A DNA stretch of 64,000 nucleotides from Eledone cirrhosa (taxonomy: Eukaryota): positions 125,860,001 to 125,924,000 of the forward strand of contig OZ024745.1 of assembly GCA_964016885.1 (NCBI GenBank). Direction: 5' to 3'. This document shows, one piece after another, positions 13,872-27,888 of this stretch. The notes under the pieces were generated by a model. It searched no databases and was not told where the DNA came from. It was given only the letters and a program-made list of their open reading frames with translations. The translations under genes and the position numbers were made by a program. How positions within the stretch are numbered: position 1 is the stretch's first letter; each line of letters opens with the position of its first letter.

Positions 13872-14120
13872 ATTTTACTTATTCCAGCCATCCGGCTGAG
13901 GCCATGTTGGGGCACCGCCCTTGTTGCTACAAATTTTATCTCCAGCCTGTATTGGCTGGCCATTGGTGCAAGAGGGACTCCGTTGCTGCTGCCCTTAGGT
14001 TTCCCTTTTGCTGTGGGCTCATCCGGGATACTGGATAGCAAGGTGTCGAGATGTTTCTTGAAGACATCCACCTCCACACCATGCAGATCTCTCAGATCCC
14101 TCGGCAGCTTGTTGAAGAAT
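13872..14120 (-). mobile_element. CR1-clade LINE 3' end fragment
   Basis: LFNKLPRDLRDLHGVEVDVFKKHLDTLLSSIPDEPT is the typical CR1 ORF2 C-terminus. Confidence 0.85.
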
Positions 14121-15116
14121 AGCTTCCTGGGAAGTGGAGATATTACATTTATTGAGGGTGATAGAAAATTATGATTGAGTATGCAAATAAGTGACCGAAA
14201 GGTTGAAAAGTTAACGGTTTATTTAAATTAAACTATTGGAAGAAGGTGATATGTGAGGGAGAGAGAAAAAAGAAAAAAGAAAAAAGAAAAAAAGAATAAA
14301 GAAATGAGAAAAATAGGAGAGGAAAGAAAGAACGATTATATATATTTTGACAGTGAAAATAGCGTGCATGAAGAGAAGAGCGTAAGTATATTTAAGTGAG
14401 GGAACAGAAGAGCTTCAAAGGATAAATACAGCGTAAGTATATTTACGTGAGGGAAGAAATGAAGAAAAGAAGAAATGAGAATAGCGTGGAAGAATAATAT
14501 TTATAATGCAGGATTCATTATGTTTTGATTATAATATTAATAATGATAGGTTGAAAAATTAGATTAAAATTAAAAATTAAAATTTAATAATGTGTATGTT
14601 AAGGATTATAGATTATTTAAATAAATATATATTATTATTTTACATTAGAGCAAATCTAGTATAGTTTATTTTATTAAAAGTTGTAAGTCAAAAATTTTAA
14701 ACATCCAAATAATTCTAAATTCCTTTACGCTTCCTTACTGTTTTTATAATATATAATATAACTAAGTGGTTATTCTTTTGTAAACTCTCGAAAATTTTTC
14801 ATAAATTTAAATAAACCGTTATCTTTTCAACCTTTCGTACACTCATTTGCATACTCAATCATAATTTTCTATCACCCTCAATAAATGTAATATCTCCACT
14901 ATCCAGGAAGCTCCAACCGTTAAGGTTGTCTTTTTTTTCCGGGTATGTCAATATTTATTTATAAAACAAATCTATATTTTATCTGATGAAAGCGCACCAT
15001 AATTTGCCTTGGTGGCCCTTGAAATATGTATAATAAAATAAATATGGTTTTATAAATATAGTTTACATTTATTAATACATTGTGTATTTACTCCACTTAT
15101 TGTTGAGTGCTTTATA
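14121..15116 (+). mobile_element. PLE-like remnant with inverted repeat and HHR
   Basis: 14121-14229 is inverted at about 14802-14911; HHR at 14975-15040; AT-rich body. Confidence 0.7.
14975..15040 (+). ncRNA. Type I hammerhead ribozyme
   Basis: tattttat-CTGATGA-aagcgcacca...tggtggccctt-GAAA-tatgta-TA-ataaaata; perfect 8-bp stem I. Confidence 0.85.
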
Positions 15117-15171
15117 TCAGTTATAAACATTTTTTAAGCTTGTTGAATCCCAAGAAATTAAATATAACCTA

Positions 15172-15239
<68 letters not shown>

Positions 15240-15286
15240 AGTATGTGTAAGTATATATATATATATGTATATATACTTACACATAC

Positions 15287-15426
<140 letters not shown>

Positions 15427-15767
15427 GTGTGTGTGCGCACGTGTGTGTGTGTGTTTTGTGTATCACAAGGGTAAATCTGGAAAATACGGTTCAAGCTTAA
15501 ATACAATTCCACAATCATCAAAAAAGAACGAATTTCCCCATTACTTGAATAATACATAAAATTTCTTCAGAGTCCAATTTCGTGCCCGTAAATTCTATGA
15601 ACAGTATAAATGTGGTAGTACACAACACATAAATATTAATTTAGTAGAGTTAAAACTAAAAGAAAAATCATTTTATTTTCTGTCACGCGTTTATTGGAAA
15701 ATTTATAAAAAGGATGACAAACTAAAGTAGTGCAAAATCTTCTGAGAGATCGAGTATTTGCATATAT

Positions 15768-15801
<34 letters not shown>

Positions 15802-15802
<1 letters not shown>

Positions 15803-16008
15803 CGTAGGTCCCGGGTTGAGTCGGGGATAACCACAGTAAGTAAGGTACTCAATACATGGCAGAGTAAAATTTTTTTATTTTATAGAAGGAGCTTCTACAG
15901 GACTAGCACTGTTTCATTCAGATGAAATCTTCAGGAAGCTTCCTGAAGATTTCATCTGAATGAAACAGTACTAGTCCTGTAGAAGCTCCTTCTATAAAAT
16001 AAAAAAAT
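15802..16008 (-). mobile_element. PLE-like fold-back element, family E
   Basis: Near-perfect 140-bp palindrome 15869-16008 centred on AAGCTT, with a tail of about 66 bp on the left; flanked by (TA)n. Confidence 0.8.
15937..15987 (+). ncRNA. Type I hammerhead ribozyme (mirror copy on minus at about 15890-15940)
   Basis: agcttc-CTGAAGA-t ttc atct gaa t-GAAA-cag tactagtc ctg-TA-gaagct. Confidence 0.75.
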
Positions 16009-16017
16009 AAAAAATAA

Positions 16018-16118
<101 letters not shown>

Positions 16119-16538
16119 GGAAATCAGTAAAATCGAATCTCTGGCGGTTTGCAAGTAAATTCGGCCTACTTATATGAAGTGATGAGTTAGCCAAGCACTC
16201 GATAAGATAGGGCCTTAGAGTTATAACATACGTTTAAATAGCTTGACAAATCGAACATTGTGGTAGGCTAAACTAACACACAATATTTACCAATATATAT
16301 ATATATGAATAAAATAGACCGAGAAAAGTCCGTCATCAGTAGTCTGCTGATTCTCATTGGTATTTCTTCGCATTAAAGACTAGATACCTAAAATCAGTGC
16401 TAGCGATAACTAAATTAAGTTATCGGGACAGAGGGAAGTGAACAAACAACTTGGTAGTAACGCAACGTAAAGAGAGGAAAAGAGAGACAAGTCAATGAAT
16501 CTTGTGGGCTGAAGTCCGACAAATCAAATGACGAGAAG

Positions 16539-16597
<59 letters not shown>

Positions 16598-16782
16598 AGT
16601 GTGTGCCTGTGTGTGTGCCTGTGTGTGTGTGTTTGTGTGTGTGTATGTGTGTGTGTAGCCATATAATGCAAACAATGTCTTGACTCAAGAATTAGATATG
16701 AATCGTGTTCAACGTACTAACATTGAACACAAAATAACGTATTTGAAATACAACTATAAACATGTCTCTCTCCCTCTCTCTC

Positions 16783-16868
<86 letters not shown>

Positions 16869-16919
16869 ATCGCTTGATAACACAGCATCGGTTAATTTTG
16901 TAAATAATATGTATGCATG

Positions 16920-17110
16920 TTAGGTCGCTCTCGATTGCTACTGGTAACATGTAACCCAGTACAACCTGTCTCATGATCGGGTCGACGGTGACTAACCCCC
17001 CCCCCTCCAAGCTTGCTTAGTGAGGAGGGTGATATTTGGATATCCTGTCGGATGAAATACAAGACCCAGCAATTAGCGGAGGAACTCAGCAGAGTCAACG
17101 GCCATCCAAA
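16920..17110 (+). mobile_element. 5' part of an RTE-related element (homologous to 37413-37605)
   Basis: tgctactggtaacatgta.ccagtacaacctgtc...gtgaggagggtga...agagtcaacggccatccaaa is shared between the two loci. Confidence 0.6.
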
Positions 17111-17579
17111 TAGTACTTTTTTTGTTAACCTGGAAGTGAAGGAAGTTGTCACAACACCTTTCTTAGAGAGGGAAACTCAGAAAAAAAACCTGCGGCGTCG
17201 GAAGCAGTCCTCCTTTTCGGGTAGTATTTTCGATGCTCAGAGAACGGAATTGGTCGAGATCAAGGCATTTTCCCACTTTAAAAACGTTCAAAGCAGAGGC
17301 GTTGCTTGTTCAGGATATGTTACAGGTTCGTGTGGCTGGCAGTTGTCTCAAATTGCACCAAACTCTATAATCTGACAAGCGATTACAGTACTATTAGCAG
17401 AGTTTGCAGCTCATGTATGTATATATGTGTGCGTGTATGTATATATGTATGTATTTATATATACCTGTCACCGTAGTTCAGAGAGTGGCATTGGTCCAGT
17501 GCAAGGCCTTTCTTCGCTTAAAAGAGCTTCACACACAGGTATTACTTGGCCCAAACGTCTTAAAAATGTGTTGCATGAT

Positions 17580-17870
17580 TATGATTAGCTGTAGCCGAAA
17601 AGGCTTTGTATTACCAGACTTAGCGCAATTATATTAATTGTCAAGTCAAGAGTACTCAAATTATACGGACTTATAAAAAGATCGACTCGTGGCCTGAATA
17701 GGTTATGCCTGGAAGGAAGGTTTGTCTGGTCAGAGCAGCAGAGGCCGGCAGCCAAAACGATGGCTTGATGTAAACTTATGGACAGGACTTGATCATTGCT
17801 CTTTAAACTCTGCTGCTGGTGATCGAACTTTGTAGAGAAAAATATCTCATATTGATGGGCAGTCTGCAAC
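17580..17870 (+). mobile_element. Decayed RTE-clade LINE 3' end
   Basis: IVKSRVLKLYGLIKR...GQSSRGRQPKRWLD...WTG resembles the RTE C-terminus (L.WFGHI.R ... GKR.RGRP..RW.D). Confidence 0.55.
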
Positions 17871-18145
17871 TGGCGGAGTTTAGCGTCAAAGTAGTATATA
17901 TAATAAGGGTTTAGATCGATATCCAGTGATTTCGATCTCTTTTCTTAGAGCTTGCTCAACAAATCTGTTTGGACCACATGCAATTGTAAGACAACATTAC
18001 CAGCCAGAAGCGTTAGCCGTGAAATGGGAGTAGATTTATTGTTTTAACAGCTTAACGCAAGAAATCGTTAAAGTAATCACGTCATTTGAAACGGCCACTA
18101 TCTCCCTTGTTTAGCACACACACACACACATACACACACAAACAC

Positions 18146-18199
<54 letters not shown>

Positions 18200-18260
18200 G
18201 TGTGTATGTATATATATATATGTGTATGTATATATATATATATATATATATACGTATATA

Positions 18261-18298
<38 letters not shown>

Positions 18299-19699
18299 TA
18301 TATATATATGTATGTATATGTATGTATATATGTATGTATATATGTATGTATGTATATGTATGTATATATGTATGTATATATATATGGACATATGTATGTA
18401 TATATATATGTACATATGTATGTATATATATATATACATATATATGTATATATAGGTGTGTACGTGTTTGTGTGCATTACATTAAGAACACATCAATTTT
18501 CAAGTTTGATCTTTTTGATTTTTCATGTTTTCATATTACTGCTTAACATTAGGTTTGGAACATTAGTGTTCTTAAATATATTTGTCTATTAATGTAGACT
18601 TCATTGTTACTTTCACATGTACTGCTTCTGTATTTTGATTTCGGATTTGTACAATTACGATTTTTGTTTTGTATTTTTTGTAGAATTGTAGAGTTGTCAA
18701 CTAATATTTTTCTATCTCACATACTGCGCACTCTGTATAGTGATGGTGGTTATAATATATTAGAAAATATGACATACTACTTATAATATATTTAAAACTA
18801 GCGCCTATTCCTTATAATATTTTTTATAAACATATTACACAGTATTTGGTAATTGCATGAGAGCTACTTGCAGTTTCATTTTCAACGCAAGCACCAAATT
18901 TACAAATTTGGAAGCCGGGTGTCCATACTTTTCAGACATATCCCTTTTATTTATTCAATCTTTTGTATAAATAATAAGAATGTGACTAGCAGAATTCCTG
19001 TAAACAAAAGAAGGGTGTACTTTATTAGTGTATATTCAATTGACGTCATGTGTTTCTAAATTTTATATAAAATCACATTACATAACTTTTTTTTATATTT
19101 AAAAGAATGAGTTCCGGGTCGGAAGGGCGTATTTGAAGAAACTTCTGAAGAATTGCCACAAATCCTTTTCCAAGTCAACAAGTGAAAAGCTAAAACAGCA
19201 AAATAATTTTCCTGACCCCACAATGACTTGTATAGATATATAGACAAACTCAGCCTCTTTTGATATAATATACATGATTTTATAAGTTGACAGGTCGTAG
19301 TGACTTAGACGTTTCAGCTTTGTCGTTTTATCTAGCTGCGACTTGTGTAGACCCTCGTTGCCTTTTATAACACCCTGTAAGTAGGAGGATTAGAGAAACT
19401 GTTTTTGATTGGGTGCCAAATCCTGCTCACAACAGCCAACACAAACACACATACCCATATAGAACCCAATCACAAACAATTAGCTTTTACCACTACGTGA
19501 TTTTTTAAGTCGAAAACGACTTTGACGTTTCAGTTTACAGGTGATTGAGAATGACAAAGCAAATGCGATTTCAATTATAATTCACACAAAAAATTTAACC
19601 AAGTCATTTAGAATTTCGTGTACTTGAATCTATTTGAATTATAACCGTGGAAGGAAGCATATCTGAGATGCACAGCTGGATTAAACCTTAAGCAAAATA

Positions 19700-20520
19700 A
19701 AAAAAATATGCGCTTGCGTAAACCTCAAAGTAAGAGGGGAACCATTTTATTGAAATAAATTGTCATCTAAAAAATACAGACATTATACACGGACGGTACC
19801 ATAATCTTTTAGGTGAGTACAGCCTCGATACGACCTTGCATATCCAGCCTTGCAAAGATGTGATATATTCGTTGTTATATTAATTGTATTTATGGTAACT
19901 CTTGGTCGAATCGTAGTGTCATCGGAGTGACTCCCAATTCTTCCACAGAAGATACGAAAACTAAACGTGATAAGAAAAAGAGAGAAATCAATCAAAAGAC
20001 AATATATATTTGTTAAAAGAAGTTGTAAATTTTGCCTATGAAGGAAAATTCCTGTGGGATTACCAAAAACCTTTTTCTGATAGATAAGAAATTGTTTGGC
20101 CTTTACTTCAAATATTTGCAAACAATCTTGGTGATAAAATTATCGCGAGAAAACAGACGAATTTCCTTTGTCATAAGAAATAGTTACAAAATGCATCAAA
20201 GAAATCTTTCGTGGTGTACTCCAGCAACTGAATGTGCTTTTCCATGGTTGTATTTTCCTTTCTTTCCATTTTGACAAATCTACCGATACATGTTATATAG
20301 CCAAGTTAAGCATTTTTATATATAATAGAAACACTAAGTCTATTCTGATAGTTTCTTCACTTGCACATCTCACCAATGAACTTCTCTTCCGGTTTCTTGC
20401 TTTCCTGGTCACTACAACTTGCAGCATCGATCGTCATTTTCTATTTCGTTGAATTATGTTATCTATCTTGTCCGTTTCCTTTCTCAATAACATTTTTGTG
20501 GTTTTATTTCCTTGCTTGGG
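19700..20520 (-). mobile_element. Highly decayed Tx1/L1-like LINE reverse transcriptase
   Basis: Motif relics occur in the expected order on minus: R*IT*FNE (RPITLLN), FIGE-C--R-QNRL (LIGEAQTCAVPGRTI), then SHSDDTTI (YADD). Confidence 0.5.
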
Positions 20521-21597
20521 ATGCGTAAATTATTTTTAAATGACGAGCTGTTGAAAATGTTTTGTGTGTTCGAAACACTTGTCGGTCTTGAGATTCTTCA
20601 TGGGGAATTAAGAAAATCAGACATATTTGACAAAATAAAGTTGAGCTTGATAATTTCAGTAAACTCATCAGTATTTGAACTGACGAGACTCGATACTCAT
20701 TAAAAAAGTTGGAACTATATAAAAACGTTTTAGATAGTCTTCTACTAAAATATAATTCTATTATACGTCGGACGAGAGTTGTAATGCGGAAACAGTTCTA
20801 ATATTTCAGCATGTTATGATAACAGTTATGAAGTAGGATGAGAATTCAGAAGAAATTCTGATAAGTTAGAGTCGAAATATGACGAGTTCGCCTCCGTTGT
20901 AATGGACTGGATATGAGGACGAGTTCCAAGTCAGAGACGGAAACGGAAACATGCTGTTCATCATTTTCTAGAAGAAAACATTAGCCACTTGAAAAGGACC
21001 TTGTTATGTGATAACAAGTGTCTACTAGATTTATAAACTGCAGAGCAAGTAAAATCCTTTTCTTATCATAGTAAATTATATCTATGCATTCAATATGGAA
21101 TTTATACTGATTATCCCTTAGCTAAAAATAAGAGTTTCAATCAGTTTCCGGTCTTAAAAGAGCAGATGGAATATGTTGAGGATAATAGCAATTTTACTAA
21201 ATATGTTAAAACAATTAAATTATTGCAGGCTTGATTTAAAAGTCTTTTTCAGTATTTTGCTAAAGAAGACTGTATTTTCACATACATAAATCCGTTTTCA
21301 TTTACTGAACAAAAGTATGATATTGTCCATTAAACTTATTAGCTTGGAAGCAAATTCAACATTGAAAGGAAAAGTTTGTGAACTTCCCTCTGCTCCAAAT
21401 GATGGTTGTTATAACTTGTGTAGCGCATGAATTGGAAAATAGTAACCTTACCACTTCTGGATTACTGTCTTAAATAAGATAGTTTGGCACAAGAGGGGTT
21501 AACCTATTTAATATATATATATATATATGTGTGTTTGCGTGTGTCTGTGTGTGTGTGTGTGTGCGTGTGTGTGTCTGTGTCTGTGTGTGCATGTGTG

Positions 21598-21642
<45 letters not shown>

Positions 21643-22699
21643 GCGTGTGTGTATGAGTATGTGTGTGTGTGTGTGTGTGTATGCATCTATGTATATATTT
21701 ATGTATTGCCACACACATCCATACAGAACATAATTTTTCTTTTCTGTCCCAAATAATTATGTCAGACCTGTTATGTTTGCACTTGGCGGAATGTATTTAC
21801 ACAAGCACAATCTTGCCGCTAGACGGCATTGTATATTGTATTTGCAAAAACAGTAATCTATTTTGAATTCATTTTAGGGCATATGTCGATTATGTGTGAT
21901 GTCTTCCACAAGAATGTGACAAAATTTTAATTTTCTGTTGCATCTTAAAGCATTAAGGAGTCCAGTGTCTCTTTTGTTGGTTAGGTATTTCATAGTTATC
22001 TCCTGCCCTTGGGTTCAAAAATCATAGCCTTCGATATATAACGTGATGTCCAGGGGAGACTACATTTCTTAATGGTTTTAACATCTTCAAGTTCATATGA
22101 AACTTATTCCTGCACAACATATCTTATATATGTAGAATGCATCTCTTCTACTTAGAGTATGCTAAACCAGTAGTTCTGAGGTTACATGAATATCGTTTGG
22201 GAGTGAGCATATCTCCAGGATTTCACTACCGACTTATACGAGATGGTTGCTTTCTATTTTAAGCACATGATGTATTTTGCTTTGCTTCCTATGATTAGCA
22301 GATGCAGTCTCAAATATGCCATACAACATTCGAAAGCTATTTGTACGGAAAGCTATTTGCTTCCGCCAAGTACAATGATGGGAAGACAAGCAAAATCAAC
22401 TTTAATTGATTCCGTAGAGTGGGAAAATAACTCACTATATTTTGATATTACGAAACCCTATGTTTACCATGAAGCCGATAGCGAATTGTGGCATCATTGT
22501 CATTTTGTAAATCTATCAATTCTTCCTGTATATCGTATACTCAATAGATTACTTGTACTTCAAATGCGTCGTTATACTGAAGTGGAACAGGCAATAATAT
22601 TCTGCAAACACTGTTCCATTGCATTAAGCAATGATTGAGAAAAATCGCAATATGTAATGACATCCACATCAACCTATTCATCTTTAAAGCTATTCAATC

Positions 22700-24320
22700 G
22701 TTGAAATTGATAGGGTTTCGTCCATCGTATATAGTGATCGACGATTTGCAGTTGACAAGTATATTTTTGCTTTCTTTGCAATAACGTATTAAGATTTTGG
22801 TGAAGGAAAAATGATTACATTTTGAAGCAATCAGAAAAGTGCATTGAAAAAAAAATATATTTTGTATCAACCAGTTCGGCAAAACGGACAACACAATTGC
22901 CTTTTGGCGAATATTGAACTTCAGTATTGTACAAAAGAATCACATAATCATCATCATTATCAAGGCACGATTGATGAAAAATTCGTTCAGACAAAGAATT
23001 CAATATTAGCGTGTTCACAGGCTTCGTTACCTAATGTTTCGTTGTACATAAGACACATAGGTAATTGACACATAGGTAATTGAGGAGAAACGATAAACCC
23101 ATAAGATAAATAATTAATTGTTTCTACTTTTGGAACAAGGCCAGCAATTACCCAGTACATTACTGGTACTTTATTTTATCGTCCCCGTAAGGATGAAAGG
23201 CAAAGTTGACCTCGGCGGGATTTGAACTCAGAATGGAAAGGGCCGTAATTCTATGCGTCAAAGCATGGGGTTGACAACATTTCTTAAATGGAGAGATTGC
23301 ATGTTTAAAAATCGTACAATACACAGAGAAAATAATAGGAACAATAGATAACAAAATTCATTTTCATTCACCGGGCTATATTGTTACTCAAAGTCCGTTT
23401 TCCGTAATCCACAAATACGAAACCACACGAGCGTTGGAATCAATTGGAGATCAATACAATCCAACAACTTCAAGTGGTTGTTTGTTTATATGAGCTGTTT
23501 ATATTTAGCTGTGACAAGGTCTCATCTTGGTATTCTCATATTTTGTCTGACATTGTCGTCCACGCCTCGTTGTCTACGGTTTGTTGTCAGAATTCTGTGT
23601 CTGTGTCAACTTTATGTGATCTCTCGATACTGGGAGCGTTGGCGAGTTTATCCTGCGGTCACTTCGTAATTTTACTGGCAAATTTGTTCTGGGTTTTTCC
23701 TTATTAGATGTATATCCGAAAAAGATATTTCGTCCGTAAAGCTACTTAAATGTTAATGACGCTTCTCAAAACTATAGAAAATATCAAAATGTTCCATGTC
23801 AGCGGGGTTGTTTATATCTAATCGTTGAATGTTAACCAGTCTTTCCCATTCAGCCTCCTGTTCTATTTAAATGTAGGGTTTTTACACATCGCCTTTGGTT
23901 ATTTTTTCGGGTAGCATATATTGAAATCCCTTTTTATTATTCATAATCCTATACTATCCACAAACATTTCCAATCGCCCACATTTTCTGCTAAGTTACTC
24001 ATCTCATACCATTTTCTATTCAGTTGCTCAACGCCCATCTAACAGTTGAAATCACCCACCAAAAGTGATATTGCCCAGGCTGGGAACATTTGAGGTAGAT
24101 GCTCTCACGCTGGAGTCGTGTATCACTAAAGTTTCACTGGGATTATGTTTAGTTTCCTTAACCCAAATCGCTAAGATACAAAAACTAAGGCTTAGAGAGA
24201 GAAGACTGTCTAATATTGAAGTTAAATATTTGTGTCTTCTACAGGAAGTAGGCATTAATGACATCAATTTGTAGCAATCGGAAATTGAACCGTGTCGCGT
24301 ACTTTTATACACTACCACCT
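22700..24320 (-). mobile_element. Highly decayed L1/Tx1-like LINE (AP endonuclease region), interrupted by a SINE
   Basis: SLLVGDFNC at about 24040-24070, an FL*KT (LQET-like) motif at about 24235, and ILLYNTE at about 22930. Confidence 0.4.
23113..23275 (-). mobile_element. OK-like SINE, 5'-truncated
   Basis: Consensus match including B box and tail. Confidence 0.85.
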
Positions 24321-24745
24321 ATATTTTTGCTGAGCTAGTCATAATTCCCTCCATTTATGTACTAAATATGTCATCAACATCATCATCAGTATCACCATTG
24401 CCATTGTCTTCATATGGTTGCTTGACGCGCAAGAAATAACAGCCAAATATCTCTCGCCTCATACTCCACCATCTTCTAAAAATGATACACTGGAAAATGC
24501 ATACAAACTAATGGGATGGTCACAGTTGGAATGCTTTTAATCATAGGTTTCCTCAATTAAGGGGTAACCGAGCTCAATATCCACATTATCAACAATATTT
24601 TGTTGTACGCTCTAACGACTCTGCAAATTCCCCGCCTATAACTTGATATTGTTCATTATAAGTTATTTCAAATCCTTGTATTTATAAGATCATTATATTG
24701 TGTAACACCCAATTACCATCCAAGTTCTCTCTCTCTCTTTCTCTT

Positions 24746-24832
<87 letters not shown>

Positions 24833-24914
24833 CCCTCTCCTCTCGCTCCGCCCTCTCTCTGTATACATATATGTGATATATATATATGTGCATATATATA
24901 TATATATATATATG

Positions 24915-24956
<42 letters not shown>

Positions 24957-25007
24957 CATATATATATATATGCACATATATATGAATATATATATATATA
25001 CATATAT

Positions 25008-25074
<67 letters not shown>

Positions 25075-25654
25075 CATATATATATACATATATATATATA
25101 TACATATATACACACACACACACATATATATATATGTATATATATATACACTTATATATATATATAGACACATATGTATATGAATATACATATATATATA
25201 TATAGCTCACTTGCTATATCCGTCTCTCTCTCTCTCTCTCCTTCGCTATCCATTTATGTTACAATCTGTCTGTCTCTCTCTCTCTCTCTGTCTATATATC
25301 TGCCTATCAGTCTGTCTGTGTGTCTGTCTATATATCTGCCTGTCAGTCTGTCTGTCTCTCTCTCTCTCTGTCTATATATCTGCCTATCAGTCTGTCTGTG
25401 TGTCAGTCTAGCAGTCTGTCTGTCTCTCTCTGTTTTCTCAATGTTATCTGAGCTATACAGAACATACTACAAGATATATCAGACTACAAAACACCGTTGA
25501 AAGCCTTGTGGAATCCATCTTTCAAAGTAGTGAGCACTGAACGTGACATTATCAAGTATCATAATCCCACCTACTGCATCTTTCCAGCCGCTCGTTATGT
25601 AAGTTTATCACCTTCTTCGTCATCCACCCCCTCACTATGCCTCGCCGCCGCCTC

Positions 25655-25714
25655 GGCCTCCTCCTCCTCCTCCTCCTCATCATCATCATCATCATCATCA
25701 CCATCCTCCTCCTC

Positions 25715-25745
<31 letters not shown>

Positions 25746-25855
25746 GCAGCAGCAATATCAACATCAACATCATCATCATCATCACTATCATCATCTTTCA
25801 ACTTCCCCAGCATTATCCCTATGAAGGCCACCATCATCATCATCAGCATCATCAT
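25655..25855. repeat. (CCT)n/(CAT)n trinucleotide repeat
   Basis: Directly visible; explains the poly-S/D/M pseudo-ORFs. Confidence 0.95.
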
Positions 25856-25857
25856 TT

Positions 25858-26048
25858 GGCGGTGGGTTGGCAGTATCGGTAGAGAGTCGGACGCCATGCT
25901 TTGCAGCAAAGAGTTACAGCCCTTTATAGTCTGAGTTTAAATCCCGCCGAGGTCAACTTTGCCTTTCATCCTTACGGGGTCGATAAAATAAAGTACCAGT
26001 AATGCACTGTGATAATTGCTGGCCTTGTGCCAAAACTAGAAACAATTA
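25858..26048 (+). mobile_element. OK-like SINE, full length
   Basis: ggcggtgggttggcagtatcggtagag...ctgagtttaaatcccgccgagg...gcctttcatccttacggggtcgataaaataaagtaccag...gaaacaatta. Confidence 0.92.
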
Positions 26049-26528
26049 TCATCATCATCATCTATATAATATATATTACTATAGAATTGCGTTATCTGGA
26101 CTATGCTGGGGGGGGGGGGGGGGGGTTGTTTGTTTGTTTGTTTTTTCTTGTTTTCCCATTTTAAAATCTGTACCAGGTGGGGAGGAACATTATATGGTAG
26201 CCACCACCAACCCCACTTCCTCAACCACAACCAACACTATCATCATCATCACCATCATCATTACCATATCTTTATTCTAACTGAAATCCATCTGAAAAAT
26301 AAGAAATTACAGCCTGGTTACGATCTAACGTTCCTCCTCGCCTGGCACAGATTTTGAAATGTTAAAGAAAAAAAGGAAAAAGGAAAACAAAACCAAAAAT
26401 ACCGAATAAGAGTCCAGATAATGCAATACTCTCTATCTAAACTATAATAAAGTAAGAAGCGCAGGACTGCGTACGGTTTATAATTTTTTTTTTCCTCTTA
26501 GTAAAATAAGTTGGATTACTTTGAATAA

Positions 26529-26716
26529 ATAATTGTTTCTACTTTGGCACAAGGCCAGCAATTACCCAGTACATTATTGGTACTTTATTTTATCGACCCC
26601 GTAAGGATAAAAGGCAAAGTTAACCTCGACGGGATTTGAACTCAGGCTGTAAAGGGGCTTAACTATGCTGGAAAGCATGGCGTCACACTCTCTACCGATA
26701 CTACCAACCCACCGCC
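26529..26716 (-). mobile_element. OK-like SINE flanked by a ~100 bp direct repeat
   Basis: Full consensus match; 26432-26532 is repeated at 26721-26821. Confidence 0.9.
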
Positions 26717-27888
26717 CTTATCTATCTAAACTATAATAAAGTAAGAAGCGCAGTACTGCGTACGGTTTATAATTTGTTTATCCCCTTAGTAAAATAAGTT
26801 GGATTACTTTGAATAAATAATGAATGAATATTACACAATTTATCTACTAAATTCCGTGGCTGTTCATTAAATATAATTTATTACTTATTTAAAGATTCAC
26901 TTTTTTTAAATTTTCAAATGTCAACACTTCCGGTTAGCGATGGTTTAAATAAATATTCATATATTTCCGTCACTAATTTTTTCCTAATGCAGTTTATATA
27001 TAATATCGTCTTTTTTTAATGTATCATGGATTACGTTACTGATTACATAAGACAGTGTAACGCAGTCTTTGTTCAATTTCTGTGTATATTGTCAATTACG
27101 ATTTTATTTGATGTATCATATCTACATGCATATATACTTGTGTATAATATATACACACTATACATGCTAGCAGAAAACCACCCGAAAGGCGGTTTTTCTG
27201 CTAGTCATAATATATAATGAAGTAAAATGATATAATGTGGAGGTGGAGGTGGTGGTAGAGTTGGTGCTATTTATTGAGTGGTCAAGTATGAAATTTGTTT
27301 TTCTTGTACAAATTTCTACAAATTTCATACTTGATGACCCAATATATTGCTGTTGTCTGATGGTTGTGCGGATATTCCAGTAGTTGCTATTAATGGTGAT
27401 GATGATGGTGGTGGTGGTGTGTGTTTAATAGGTCAGAGTATTTTCAAGAAAGAAAATCTGTTTTTAAATGAAGAGAAGATAAGCCAAACTATTTATTTCA
27501 TGAGAATAGACGAGAAACAACAAATAAATTGTATGAACAAGCTAAACTTAAAATAAGATGAAATCCTTCTTATTCACTTAAAATACTTTCTGCAATATAT
27601 ATCTCTAAATATAGGTTGCCGTGTCATCGGTATTTAACTTTGAAGAAAGTGTTTTTTTAGTGAAAAATGTTGTTTTAAATAAAAACAAAATTAGAATTTG
27701 AATATTCGCTCTAACATAGCAGATACACAAATTTAACCCTTTAATGTTCAAACCGACCAAAACCGGCCAGAATTCTCTACCTTTTTCTGTTGAAACTGGC
27801 TGTAACTAATCACTCAAACTGAGGTTAAGGTATTGTTCTCAAAATAATACATTCAAAATCTCATAGATTCGATATTATGTGAGATAAT

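Noticed and set aside
21484-21501. piggyBac-like ends (AGGGGTTAA here; TTAACCCT at about 2785 and 27733)
   Set aside because: Partner termini could not be identified, so element boundaries are unsupported.
25497-25934. Acidic or Ser-rich ORFs suggesting a low-complexity protein
   Set aside because: They come from (CAT)/(CCT) repeats running into a SINE.
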